From positions 1 through 64,000 of the forward strand of contig NIVC01002890.1 of the NCBI GenBank assembly GCA_002269645.1: a stretch of DNA of 64,000 bases, written 5' to 3'. The position numbers and the translations under genes are program-made. Below are positions 49,056 to 61,274 of this stretch, piece after piece. Source of the DNA: Macrostomum lignano (taxonomy: Eukaryota). Positions within the stretch are counted from its first letter, which is position 1, and each line of letters begins with the position of its first letter. Below the pieces are notes generated by a model. The model made no database searches. It was not told where the DNA came from and saw only the letters and a program-made list of their open reading frames with translations.

Positions 49056-49770
49056 TAATATTTATGTAAGTTGTAACTAAAGCAAAAAATCTTCAATTCT
49101 TACTAAGATCTTTTGTTTCTAATAATGATGGCCTGCTTATTAGTTGGTTTGCAAGAAGCCTCATTTGCAACCTAGCCTCCTTTGATAGTGACAAATGCTA
49201 GGCAGCTTCCTAGCATTATTAGCATTATTATCCACTCACTCAGTGTACTTTATTCACCCAACTGGGTTCAACTAGAACTGGGTTAACCCTCCATCCCAAT
49301 CACAAATGCATGTGGTGTCAAAAATGTTGTTTGAGTCCCTATAATATCCCATACCCTACAATACAATATATGCATATGTTCTGTTTAAAAACCTAATAAT
49401 CTATAACTTCCTATAGTCATATCCATAGCAACAGTGGAACTATATTATTTATAGATGTTAGACTAGACCACCATAAAATATTTAAAACACTATACAATTG
49501 ATAGTTGAACTGATAAAAATATAGAATATTATTACTTAGCATATAAGCATTTTTATGCTTTACTGTAAAAATAATAGAGTAGTATATATATTATTTAATA
49601 CTAAACAAACTTTAAATTGACACCAGCTATACTAGCAATAAAAGGTTATAAAGGGAAGATCTAGTGAATAATAAAACCACTGCGCACGTTCTTTATCTGC
49701 TACTAATAGTAAAACGATTAGTTTTTTAATAACTTGTCATAATACAAAAGGCATTTTGTGTCTGTTGCAG

Positions 49771-52700
49771 ACTCTTGACCAACAGAAAGAACTGGCAGCG
49801 CCGTCAAGGAAATTGGCGGCGGCCGGCGCCAAAGAATCCGGCCACAGTCTCTACTGGACAGCCGCTCTGCAGGGCTGCCTGGAGCGAGTGAACCACGCTG
49901 CCGTTCTCATCAACTCATTCGTATATTCATTCGGCGGCTTCTCCGGCAATCGGGCGCACTATCTTCGCCAATTGCGTCGAATTGATGTACAGTGCCTGAA
50001 TGTGCGCAGCCTGCGCTGGACAGACGTCACTCATTCGACGCGTTGCTATGCTGCCGATCAACCCGAGGTTGACCAGCCGGACAAGCCGCTGCTGCGCTAT
50101 GGTCACACTGTTGTACAATTCGATGGCTGCGCATACATGTTTGGCGGCCGCAACGACAGGCTGGTGGCGCCGCCCCAGGTGTGCCAGTTCGACCCCATAT
50201 CGCTGGCTTGGACTATTCACAGCGGCTCCGGCCAGGTGCCGCCTAGTCGGGACGGCCACTCCGCCTGCGTGGTTGACAATCGGATGTTCATATTTGGCGG
50301 CTTCACTGCCGCGGAGGAATACGAAAACCAGGTTTATTGTTGTGATTTGATTAATCTGCAGTGGACTAGGATTCGAGCCGTGCTAGTGAGTGTTGCCTTT
50401 TTTGGTTATCTAAAGGTGGCGTTCATGCCCTCATAGTCTCATGCGCTCATATTCTCATACCCTCATTCCCTCTTACCCTCATGCCCTCATATTCTCATAC
50501 CCTCATTCCCTCTTACCCTCATGCCCTCATATTCTCATACCCTCATGCCCTCGTGCCTTCATATCCTCATGCCCTCATACCGTCATACCATCGTCCCTCA
50601 TGCCCTCATGCCCTCATGCCCTCATATTCTCATACCCTCATGCCCTCATATTCTCATACCCTCATGCCCTCATATTCTCATACCCTCATGCCCTCATATT
50701 CTCATACCCTCATGCCCTCATATTCTCATACCCTCATGCCCTCATATTCTCATACCCTCATGCCCTCATATTCTCATACCCTCATGCCCTCATATTCTCA
50801 TACCCTCATATTCTCATACCCTCATGCCCTCGTGCCTTCATATCCTCATGCCTTCATACCGTCATACCCTCGTCCCCCATGCCCTCATGCCCTCATATTC
50901 TCATATCCTCATGCCCTCATACCCTCATGCCCTCATGCCCTCTTACCCTCATGCCCTCATTCTCTCAAAACGTCACCCTCATGTCCTCATGCCCTCATAC
51001 CGTCATGCCCGCAGAGCGGAATACCCGAGGCCCCGTCGCCCCGCGACTTCAGCTGCTGCATAGCCTGGCGGCGCGGCTTCTTTCTGTGGGGCGGCCGCAG
51101 CGACGCAGCCGGTCACGTGTTCTCAGGCGAGTCCTGCTACGATTCCAGCATTTATTATTTCGACGCCGACTCTCAATCGTGGAGTCTCCGAGCTAGACTG
51201 GACAATGTTCAGGGCAGACGGTCTGGTACAATGTTCCGCTTAGGCGAACGAATCTACTTTGGGTTCGGTTTTAACGACCTGCGAATCAGACATGAGGACG
51301 GGCATCTCAACGATCTGTGGTGCTTGGATCCGTGCAGCGGCTCGGTGACTCGGGCTGAGCCCTGCTCCGCATTCTATCGCGGCCCGTGCCCCAGAAGGCG
51401 GCTAGTAGCCGTGCCAGTGTCCAACAGTCGGGTGATCCTGTTCGGCGGCACCTGCCGTTTCGTTCGGTACAGCTTCCAGCCGGCGCTTCCGGCGGCCGAG
51501 TTTCAGCGACTGTACGCCCCGCTCCTGGCCAGGCTGCCGGCCCTGCGAGCCTCGGTTGACGACTCCGATAGCGAGGCCGATCCGGCCGATGATGTCGAGC
51601 GTCAGGAGTCTGGGCCGCAACCGCCAGACGATGTTGAGCCTCTTGAACAGCTGGAAGAGGAACCTGACGATTCCATTATGGGATTAAAAGACCTCTCCGA
51701 TATGTTCGTTCTGGAGGCCCTGCCCAGTCTGCAGACTCTCTGCGCACTGGCAGTGGTCCGCTGGCGACTGCCTCTAGGACAGCTGCCTGTGCTGCTTCAG
51801 TGAGTTTGCTCATTCGCTTTGTTAATTAAATCGCCTAACAGGTTCCAGTCCGCTCACTCTAACTGGTCCCAGTCCGCTTGCTCTGTCAGGTCCCAGTCCA
51901 CTCACTCTGTCAGGTCCTAGTCCGCTCACTCTGTCAGGTCCCAGTCCACTCACTCTGTCAGGTCCCAGTCCGCTCACTCTAACAGGTCCCAGTCCGCTCA
52001 CTCTGTCAGGTCCCAGTCCGCTCACTCTAACAAGTCCCAGTCCGCTCACTCTGTCAGGTCCCAGTCCACTCACTCTGTCAGGTCCCAGTCCGCTCACTCT
52101 GTCAGGTCCCAGTCCGCTCACTCTGTCAGGTCCCAGTCCGCTCACTCTGTCAGGTCCCAGTCCGCTCACTCTAACAGGTCCCAGTCCGCTCACTCTAACA
52201 AGTCCCAGTCCGCTCACTCTGTCAGGTCCCAGTCCGCTCACTCTGTCAGGTCCCAGTCCGCCCACTCTGTCAGGTCCCAGTCCGCTCACTCTGTCAGGTC
52301 CCAGTCCGCTCACTCTGTCAGGTCCCAGTCCGCTCACTCTGTCAGGTCCCAGTCCGCTCACTCTGTCAGGTCCCAGTCCGCTCACTCTGTCAGGTCCCAG
52401 TCCACTCACTCTGTCAGGTCCCAGTCCGCTCACTCTGTCAGGTCCCAGTCCGCTCACTCTAACAGGTCCCAGTCCGCTCACTCTAACAAGTCCCAGTCCG
52501 CTCACTCTGTCAGGTCCCAGTCCGCTCACTCTGTCAGGTCCCAGTCCGCTCACTCTAACAGGTCCCAGTCCGCTCACTCTAACAGGTCCCAGTTCGCTCA
52601 CTCTGTCAGGTCCCAGTCCGCTCACTCTGTCAGGTCCCAGTCCGCTCACTCTGTCAGGTCCCAGTCCGCTCACTCTGTCAGGTCCCAGTCCGCTCACTCT

Positions 52701-52874
52701 GTCAGGTCCCAGTCCCGCTCACTCTAGCAGGTCCCAGTCATTAAAGTCATTAAGTCATCAATGGTACTAGCATTATAAATAATTTATAAAAAAAACACTT
52801 TGAACACTTTCTCCACCGATTTCAGAGAGGACGTATTGCGAAGATTTCTGCCCAACGTTTTGTCACCGCCATGA
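49771..52874 (+). CDS. KLHDC3: Kelch domain-containing protein 3. Exons 49771-50385, 51015-51799, 52826-52874; no genomic ATG at the 5' end
   Basis: YWTAALQG..ERVNHAAV..VYSFGG, RYGHTVV..YMFGGRND, PSRDGHSACV..MFIFGG and PCPRRRLVAV..RVILFGGT. C-terminal SDMFVL..PSLQTLCALAV (BC/SOCS-type box). Intron phases 0 and 2 are consistent. Confidence 0.9.
50424..51010. repeat. 24-bp minisatellite built from 8-mers (ATGCCCTCATATTCTCATACCCTC), KLHDC3 intron 1
   Basis: Runs into the acceptor CATACCGTCATGCCCGCAG at 51014. Confidence 0.95.
51836..52738. repeat. 24-bp minisatellite (CAGGTCCCAGTCCGCTCACTCTGT), about 37 copies, KLHDC3 intron 2
   Basis: Visible tandem array; CTCTAACAG variants are interspersed. 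Confidence 0.97.
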
Positions 52875-53387
52875 CGATAGAAATCTAACAGCTGTAGCAG
52901 CCCAATCTTAGCAAAGCCAGCCAACCCAGTTGTCAATCCAGTTATTAAGTATTAGAATTACTGTTCATTCGTTGCTGATTGTTTAAAGTTTGCATTTAGC
53001 TTCTTTTTGCGAATTGCTTAATATTATATATTCAAGTGTCTTTGTTTAACTTTGTAGAACTTTTTTGCTCTGTTAGATATCCCCAGCACACTTGGTTTAT
53101 TGAGTACTAGTTGTGCTCTTATACCGTAGCTTTTTTAAATTGTTTGTTCATTTATTAGCTTTGAAAACAAATGCAGTCTTATTGCATACACAATACATCA
53201 TTTCTGTCCTGCTGCCTACTCTCAGATATTGCTTATTTATCAGAACTTTGTGTCAGTTGATTTACTTTACTAGTTTTTTCTCTCTGTGATTGAATTCCTG
53301 CATTGCAATGTTTATTTAGTATTGTGCAGCCAAATATTGCAGATTTGTGTCTTTATATTGCCTTAAAGAACTTTGGGGGTCAATCAC

Positions 53388-54632
53388 CTAGATCCCCAGT
53401 TGCTGGATCAACTCTCAGGTCCTCATTCCTCAGTTGTTTGTCCATTCTCCCAGATCCTCAGCTGTTCGACCAGTCTCCCAGATCCTCAGCTGTTCGACCA
53501 GTCTCCCAGATCCTCAGCTGCTGGGCCAGTCTCCCAGATCCTCAGCTGTTCGACCAGTTTCCCAGATCCTCAGCTGTTCGACCAGTCTCCCAGATCCTCA
53601 GCTGCTGGGCCAGTCTCCCAGATCCTCAGCTGTTCGACCAGTCTCCCAGATCCTCAGCTGCTGGGGCCGTCTCCCAGATCATCTGCTGTTGGTCCAGTCT
53701 CCCAGCTCCCCAGCTGCTGGGCCAGTCTCCCAGCTCCCCAGCTGCTGGGCCAGTCTCCCAGCTCCCCAGCTGCTGGGCCAGTCTCCCGGATCCTCAGTTG
53801 CTGGGCCAGTCTCCCAGATCCTCAGTTGCTGGGCCAGTCTCCCAGATCCTCAGTTGCTGGGCCAGTCTCCCAGATCCTCAGTTGCTGGGTCAGCTCTCAG
53901 ATCTTCAGTTGCTGAGTCAGCTCTCAGATCCTCATTCCTCAGTTGTTTGTCCATTCTCCCAGATCCTCAGCTGTTCGACCAGTCTCCCAGATCCTCAGCT
54001 GCTGGGGCCGTCTCCCAGATCATCTGCTGTTGGTCCAGTCTCCCAGATCATCTGCTGTTGGTCCAGTCTCCCAGATCCCCAGTTGCTGGGCCAGTCTCCA
54101 AGATCCTCAGCTGCTGGGCCAGTCTCCCAGATCCTCAGCTGCTGGGCCAGTCTCCCTGATCCTCAGCTGCTGGGTCAGCCTCCCAGATCCTCAGCTGCTG
54201 GGCCAGTCTCCCAGATCCTCAGCTGCTGGGCCAGTCTCCCTGATCCTCAGCTGCTGGGCCAGTCTCCAAGATCCTCAGCTGCTGGGCCAGCCTCCCAGAT
54301 CCTCAGCTGCTGGGCCAGTCTCCCTGATCCTCAGCTGCTGGGTCAGCCTCCCAGATCCTCAGCTGCTGGGCCAGTCTCCCAGATCCTCAGCTGCTGGGCC
54401 AGTCTCCCAGATCCTCAGCTGCTGGGCCAGTCTCCCTGATCCTCAGCTGCTGGGCCAGTCTCCAAGATCCTCAGCTGCTGGGCCAGCTTCCCTGATCCTC
54501 AGCTGCTGGGCCAGCTTCCCTGATCCTCAGCTGCTGGGCCAGTCTCTAAGATCCTCAGCTGCTGGGCCAGCCTCCCTGATCCTCAGCTGCTGGGCCAGCT
54601 TCCCTGATCCTCAGCTGCTGGGCCGGTCTCTC
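53388..54632. repeat. 28-bp minisatellite (CCAGTCTCCCAGATCCTCAGCTGCTGGG), about 44 copies, between KLHDC3 and NKD
   Basis: Visible tandem array with variant blocks. Confidence 0.95.
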
Positions 54633-55555
54633 GGATGCTGAATCTGTTAAGCGAAGGCGAGGTCCTTCGCCAATTTGTCAGTAGACCGAATTGATGAGCG
54701 CAAAAGGCTATGTTTCTAAAACTGATGCGGCCTATTTTGAGTTTTTGCTCATCTTCCTTTGTTTTATAAAATTGTGTCCCAGCCTGGCAACTAATGAAAA
54801 CAGTTTGCTACATGAAGTTGCTTTAATTTTGCTTTGCCACCTCCACTTCCTGTTGATTGCTTTGCTGCTTGTGTACAGAAGAAGTTGACGCTGCTGCCCA
54901 ACATAATCAGTGAGCAGCCTTAGTTCTATTGTTGCTATTATTATTATTATTACTGTTTTATTGATTTTTAACAAACCAAAACTTGCAATTTCAGCGCGCT
55001 GATCATGTAGCATTGTAAAAACAGAAATATTTGCTTCAGCATTATTTTCATATTGTTTTACTATTAGTAAGGCTTTAAGAAAATGTTTGAATATTGTTCT
55101 GCTTTTCTGTTTCAATTCCTATAGTTTATGTACACGCCAGCTTGTCAAGGTTGTGCTGTGCGGTTTAACTATCGAGAAATGAAGGAATACCCAATAAGTT
55201 TGCTTTGAGTTATTCAAATTGAAAAAAGTAGCAACTATTTATCTGGTTAATTTTGAAACGTTTTCTTGTACACAATGTTTTTTAGATCTAGCAGTTCTAG
55301 CTTCTCTAACGATTAGAAATTATAAATAATACGTGTTATATTTTAAATTGCATATATTTATGAGCAGAGATGCAGAGGGATTATTACTCAAACTAAAGCC
55401 GTGCTTGAACTCGGAGAATTCTAACCAAAATATTAACAGGCAAGGTCTTACATTTTTCATGCTGATTGCTAATACGGGGTAGCCGGCCCCTCTCCTTAAC
55501 TCTGGCGCAAGAGAACTAAGGCGAGAGAGAGAGAGCGAGAGCGCGAGGCGTTGCC

Positions 55556-58500
55556 ATGCCAACCAAAACCAGCGTCTGGCGGCGACGATCTTCGTCCTAT
55601 TCGGACATCGGAGAATCGGACATGAGTCAGCCGGCCGCGGCATTGGATGTCGGACAAGGGCGGCTGCCGTTCATGTCCAGTGAGTTTTTGCCTATTTATA
55701 CATTGCTTGAGGAGGGGTATTGCTCTTTTGGGGCCAGAGGACCCGGGCTCGAATCTGTGTTAAACCGCTAGCTGACTGGCGGGTGTCCATGTCAGGCGTA
55801 ATTAATAATTTTGACAGTTTTATACTACTCACAGCTTGCAGGTCCCAAAAGTAGTATGCAAGTGTATACGTATTTAAGTGTATATCATCTGCAGTGAGTT
55901 CTATCTGTGAGGACAATGAAGGTCAAATCCCTTTGAAAAGCAAAGTGTGTACAAGTGTATTAGTGTTCGGTAAAACCTTGCTCAGTGTCTGATCTCTGTT
56001 AATGCTGAGCACCGCTGCACCCTCTGTTCTCAATCTATTTGGTATAGCTAGTCATTTGCTTTGATAAGCCGCATTCCTCCTCGCTTCTTCCCCTCAAAAA
56101 ATTGTTCTCCCAAAAATGGGGATATCTCCCTATGCCAGAGAGGGGAGCATTGTTTGCTCTGCATTTTAGCTGTGAGAGAGAGAGAGAGAGAGAGAGACGA
56201 TGGACTCCAGCGCCATAGGGATTTTATGGCTATGCGTTTTTTATTTAATCCGATATCTTTGCAAAATCATAATCCAACAATGAGGATTTCCTTGCTTTAT
56301 TGTGCAGCGCTGAGCAGTGTTTTGGCACAGTTTTCTGCTGCAGTTTCTATTGTATCTTTTATTGCTCTGTCTGTGCCGCCTGTCTTTCAGATCTCACGCA
56401 GAATATTCGCGTACTTGTTTATTCTTTTTTTAATTGCTTAAACTGGCCTGCGTATCACATTTAGACATTGGAAAACACGTCTCTCTAATTCCTCTGCATC
56501 CCAATAGAAATCCTCAAAGATCCCAACTCTTCCACATCTCTAGAAATCCTCAAAGATCCCAACTCTTCCACATCTCTAGAAATCCTCAAAGATCCCAACT
56601 CTTCCACATCTCTAGAAATCCTCAAAGATCCCAACTCTTAGAAATCCCCAAAGATCTCAACTCTTAGAAATCCCCAAAGATCCCAACTATTAGAAATCCT
56701 CAAAGATCCCAACTATTAGAAATCCTCAAAGATCCCAACTCTTAGAAATCCTCAAAGATCTCAACTATTAGAAATCCTCAAAGATCCCAACTATTAGAAA
56801 TCCTCAAAGATCCCAACTCTTAGAAATCCTCAAAGATCTCAACTATTAGAAATCCTCAAAGATCCCAACTATTAGAAATCCTCAAAGATCTCAACTCTTA
56901 GAAATCCTCAAAGATCTCAACTCTTAGAAATCCTCAAAGATCCCAACTATTAGAAATCCTCAAAGATCCCAACTATTAGAAATCCTCAAAGATCCCAACT
57001 CTTAGAAATCCTCAAAGATCTCAACTATTAGAAATCCTCAAAGATCCCAACTATTAGAAATCCTCAAAGATCCCAACTCTTAGAAATCCTCAAAGATCTC
57101 AACTATTAGAAATCCTCAAAGATCCCAACTATTAGAAATCCTCAAAGATCTCAACTCTTAGAAATCCTCAAAGATCTCAACTCTTAGAAATCCTCAAAGA
57201 TCCCAACTCTTAGAAATCCTCAAAGATCCCAACTCTTAGAAAATCCTCAAAGATCCCAACTCTTAGAAATCCTCAAAGATCCCAACTCTTAGAAAATCCT
57301 CAAAGATCCCAACTCTTAGAAATCCTCAAAGATCCCAACTCTTAGAAATCGTCAAAGATCTCAACTCTTAGAAATCCTCAAAGATCCCAACTCTTAAAAA
57401 TCAACTCTTAGAAATCCTCAAAGATCCCAGCTCTTAGAAATCCTCAAAGATCCCAACTCTTAGAAATCCTCAAAGATCTCAACTCTTAAAAATCAACTCT
57501 TAGAAATCGTCAAAGATCCTAACTCTTAGAAATCGTCAAAGATCCTAACTCTTAGAAATCGTCAAAGATCTCAACTCTTAGAAATCCTCAAAGATCCCAA
57601 CTCTTAAAAATCAACTCTTAGAAATCCTCAAAGATCCCAGCTCTTAGAAATCCTCAAAGATCCCAACTCTTAAAAATCAACTCTTAGAAAATCCTCAAAG
57701 ATCCCAACTCTTAGAAAATCCTCAAAGATCCCAACTCTTAGAAAATCCTCAAAGATCCCAACTCTTAAAAATCAACTCTTAGAAATCCTCAAAGATCCCA
57801 GCTCTTAGAAATCCTCAAAGATCCCAACTCTTAAAAATCAACTCTTAGAAAATCCTCAAAGATCCCAACTCTTAGAAAATCCTCAAAGATCCCAACTCTT
57901 AGAAAATCCTCAAAGATCCCAGCTCTTAGAAAATCCTCAAAGATCCCAACTCTTAGAAATCCTCGAAGATCCCAACTCTTAGAAATCCTCGAAGATCCCA
58001 ACTCCTCCGCATCCCGAGAAATCCTTACAAGTGCAGATGAGCTCAAATGTCTTGTCAAATAAGAATCGAGCTGGGCCGTGGCCAATCATCACTGAGCGGA
58101 TCCTCTGTCTCATGCACTTGCAAATTTTACAAGTACTAGACCCATGTCAATTCCATTTTTTCAATCCAACGCAGTGCTTTTCTCGAAGAAACCGAACAGC
58201 AGCAGTGGCGGTAAGCAGCCAGCGGCGGAATCTTCTGCAGCAGAAGAGAACAGCAATAAGCAACAGGAACAGAAAGAGAAGAAAACCAAGAAAAAGCTGC
58301 GCAAGCAGCAGCAGCAGCAGCAGCAGATTTTGCAACACTCAATTGCGCAGGACGATTTACTGGGCTGCAGGGAGTCGCACGAGAATTTTTATAGTAGCGT
58401 GCCCAGAAGCATTAAACTAACACTGGAGGTAACTCTCTGCGACCAATGCCTTCTAAATTATGCTTACTTATTATATGCACTGCTGTTGAGTGCCGTCAAG

Positions 58501-60300
58501 TATCATTAAATACAGGAGTTAAACCCTTCTGGCAATTAGCCCTCTTCACCAAAATTCCTCTGTAACACCCAAGAATCGCCTTCTGTAACACCCAAGAATC
58601 GCCTTCTGTAACACCCAAGAATCGCTCTCTGTAACACCCAAGAATCGCCCTCTGTAACACCCTTGAAATGCCCTCTGTAACACCCAAGAATCACCCTCTG
58701 TAACACCTAAGAATCGACCTCTATAACACCCTTGAAATTCTCTCTGTAACACCTAAGAATCACCCTCTGTAACACCTAAGAATCACCCTCTGTAACACCT
58801 AAGAATCGCCCTCTATAACACCCTTGAAATTCACTCTGTAACACCCAAGAATCACCCTCTGTAACACCCAAGAATCGCCCTCTATAACACCTAAAAATCG
58901 CTCTCTGTAACACCTAAGAATCGCTCTCTGTAACACCTAAGAATCGCCCTCTGTAACATCTAAGAATCGCCCTCTATAACACCCAAAAATCGCCCTCTGT
59001 AACACCCAAGAATCGCCTTTTGTAACACACATGAATCGCCCTCTGTAACACCCATGAATCGCCCTCTGTAACACCCATGAATCGCCCTCTGTAGCACCCA
59101 AAAACCGAAAATTCCTTAAAATTCCCTGCTGTATACTACTTACACTATTCTTCTAAATCAGTAGTACAATTAAAAAAACGAACACCCAATGCTTGCTTAG
59201 CCATACTTTAGCGGCAAGCGTCGATTGCAGCATCGACGTCGGCATCATCGTCGTGTTGAAGATGACGAGACTGCGGCTGCAACTGGCGTCGCGAGTTCGA
59301 TTCTCCAACAGGAAAACTCGGAGCAGCAATCGTCAATCGAGCAGCAGCAGCAGAAGCAACAGAAGCAGCAGGAACCCGAAGCCGAATGGTCCGTCACGCT
59401 ATACGATTTTGATGGCCGGGGCAAGTTCACTAAGGAGGTGAGTATGAGGCAGCGGCACAGAGTGTGTAGCTTAATTATGTCAGTAGTATGCATTCGTTTT
59501 AAAGTCCTTTTCTCGCTACTAAGTCAGTAGGCAATGCCGGTCTGTTACAATAAGCAAACTAGCCCTGTGAATTTTGTTGAACTTTAATCCCCCTCTCCGC
59601 CGCGTAGGACCTGACCGCCCTGATGCGCTCCTTGTCTGACATCATCCAGCGCTCAGTCGGCTCCGGTGGCAGCGGCGGCGGCGGTGGCGTCAGCGGCTCC
59701 TCGTCGCTCTGCTTGAAGCTGACTTTCTCCCCGGTGCCGCCGGCTGAACCGGCTGGCAATGAAGGCGGCTCGTCGGCTGCCGCCGCCGCCGCCGACACAG
59801 CCGCCGGCCCGGCCAGCGCCACCGTCTGTTTCCCGCTGCCTGGCCGGCGCTCTGCCGCTTTCCTTCGCAGGCGCCATCGCAGCCAATCTGGCCGACGGTT
59901 GTCCTCGCCAACTCCGCCTCCGCCGCCGCCGCCGCCGACTGAGCAGCCGGAGCCGCCGACAAATCCGCCGCTGCCAGTACCGTCTGGTCGAAGCCGCAGG
60001 CGCCGGCACGCCACCAAGCAGCAGCAGCAGCAGCAGCAGCAGTCTGATCCGTCGTTCGCTCGGCGATCCGGTTCTCAGCCGCCGCCTCCGCCGCGTTCAA
60101 CACTCGGCGGAAGCCACTGGCGGCATCTGGAGGCGATGCAGCTGGTGGCCGAGTGGCTGCACAGTGAACCGCTTCATCATACGACCGTTCCAGCTGCCGC
60201 CGCCGCCGCCTCCGCCGCCCCTGCAACCACCGAGGGTGAAGTGAAACGCTGCATTCACAGGCACCATCATCACTTCCATTATCACCTGTACCATGACTGA
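55556..60300 (+). CDS. NKD: Naked cuticle homolog (Dishevelled-binding Wnt antagonist). Exons 55556-55679, 58175-58428, about 59212/59231-59437, 59608-60300
   Basis: EFX domain EWSVTLYDFDGRGKFTKE|DLTALMRSLSDIIQRSV and the C-terminal His-rich tail HRHHHHFHYHLYHD. Exon 1-2 phase is consistent. The exon 3 acceptor is ambiguous (59211 needs an indel; 59230 is in frame). Confidence 0.88.
56505..58010. repeat. 26-bp minisatellite (AGAAATCCTCAAAGATCCCAACTCTT), more than 50 copies, NKD intron 1
   Basis: Visible tandem array with 13-bp half-unit variants. Confidence 0.97.
58556..59100. repeat. 23-bp minisatellite (CTCTGTAACACCCAAGAATCGCC), about 23 copies, NKD intron 2
   Basis: Visible tandem array. 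Confidence 0.95.
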
Positions 60301-61274
60301 GGTTAATTATTAGTATATGGTGCAATTGGGTCATACATTTAACTGGGTGCGAATTTTTTTTTTCAATTATCCTCCAATCAAATTTGAGGTCTTTTTTGTC
60401 ATTTTTTGTCCTTTTTTCAAATTAGAAACGTTCAACAAAAAGTTATCCTGCATCCTGGTTGTTTTTTTCAACTTTTCTACTCATAGTAGCAGCAGGCATC
60501 GGATTTGCTGGCACCCGATTTTGGCGTGCAATACGCTGCCTTATGTAATATATATTTAATCTAATGCATGCGAACTCACGATTGCGCCATATCTAAGAAA
60601 ATTCTCATGTACAGTTTATTTATTTGAATTTCAAATATTAATTATGAATTCTGTACAAAGAAACTTATTAACAAAAATGTAATTGATTCGGTCTATATAG
60701 CGTATAGCAATACTCTACTAACAGTAATATGTAGTTCTTTGAATCTACTTTCTTCGTTAGCCACCTAATGTGCTAATGTTTAAGTTTTCAAGCTTTCTTG
60801 AAGATTAGCTTTAGAAAGAAACTTTGCGACATCTTGTGTGTTACACTTGTTTTTTTAGCATTTTGTGTTTGCCACACTCTCTCCGTTTGATCTGGTTCTG
60901 AACTCTCAATTTGCCTTACATTTGTTTTTTTCGACTTTTTAAAACAATAATTATATGTATTTACTCATTGACCTGTTGGCTATAACACCCTTATACAGCC
61001 CTTATTGAATTTATAAATACTCATCGTACAAACGAAAGTGCCTACTTTTGCACCCAGTAGTTGATGCTGAACATTTTACTGATTCAGAAGGCGTATGTAT
61101 ACATATTGATTAACTTTTAAATAAATATACACTGATCTGAAATTTGTGCAAGACTGCTCATTTTTTAATTGTTTGTCCACTTCAATCTTGGTTGCTGATG
61201 CTTTTCTAAAGCTGCTAAAATTCTGTTTTATGAGTAACCTGTTTCTTTTCTTTTTTTATCTGGTACTTATTTCT

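Noticed and set aside
51822-54641. ORFs SGLGPDRV and SLPDPQLLGQ
   Set aside because: They are confined to tandem arrays, with several frames open as expected for short stop-poor units.
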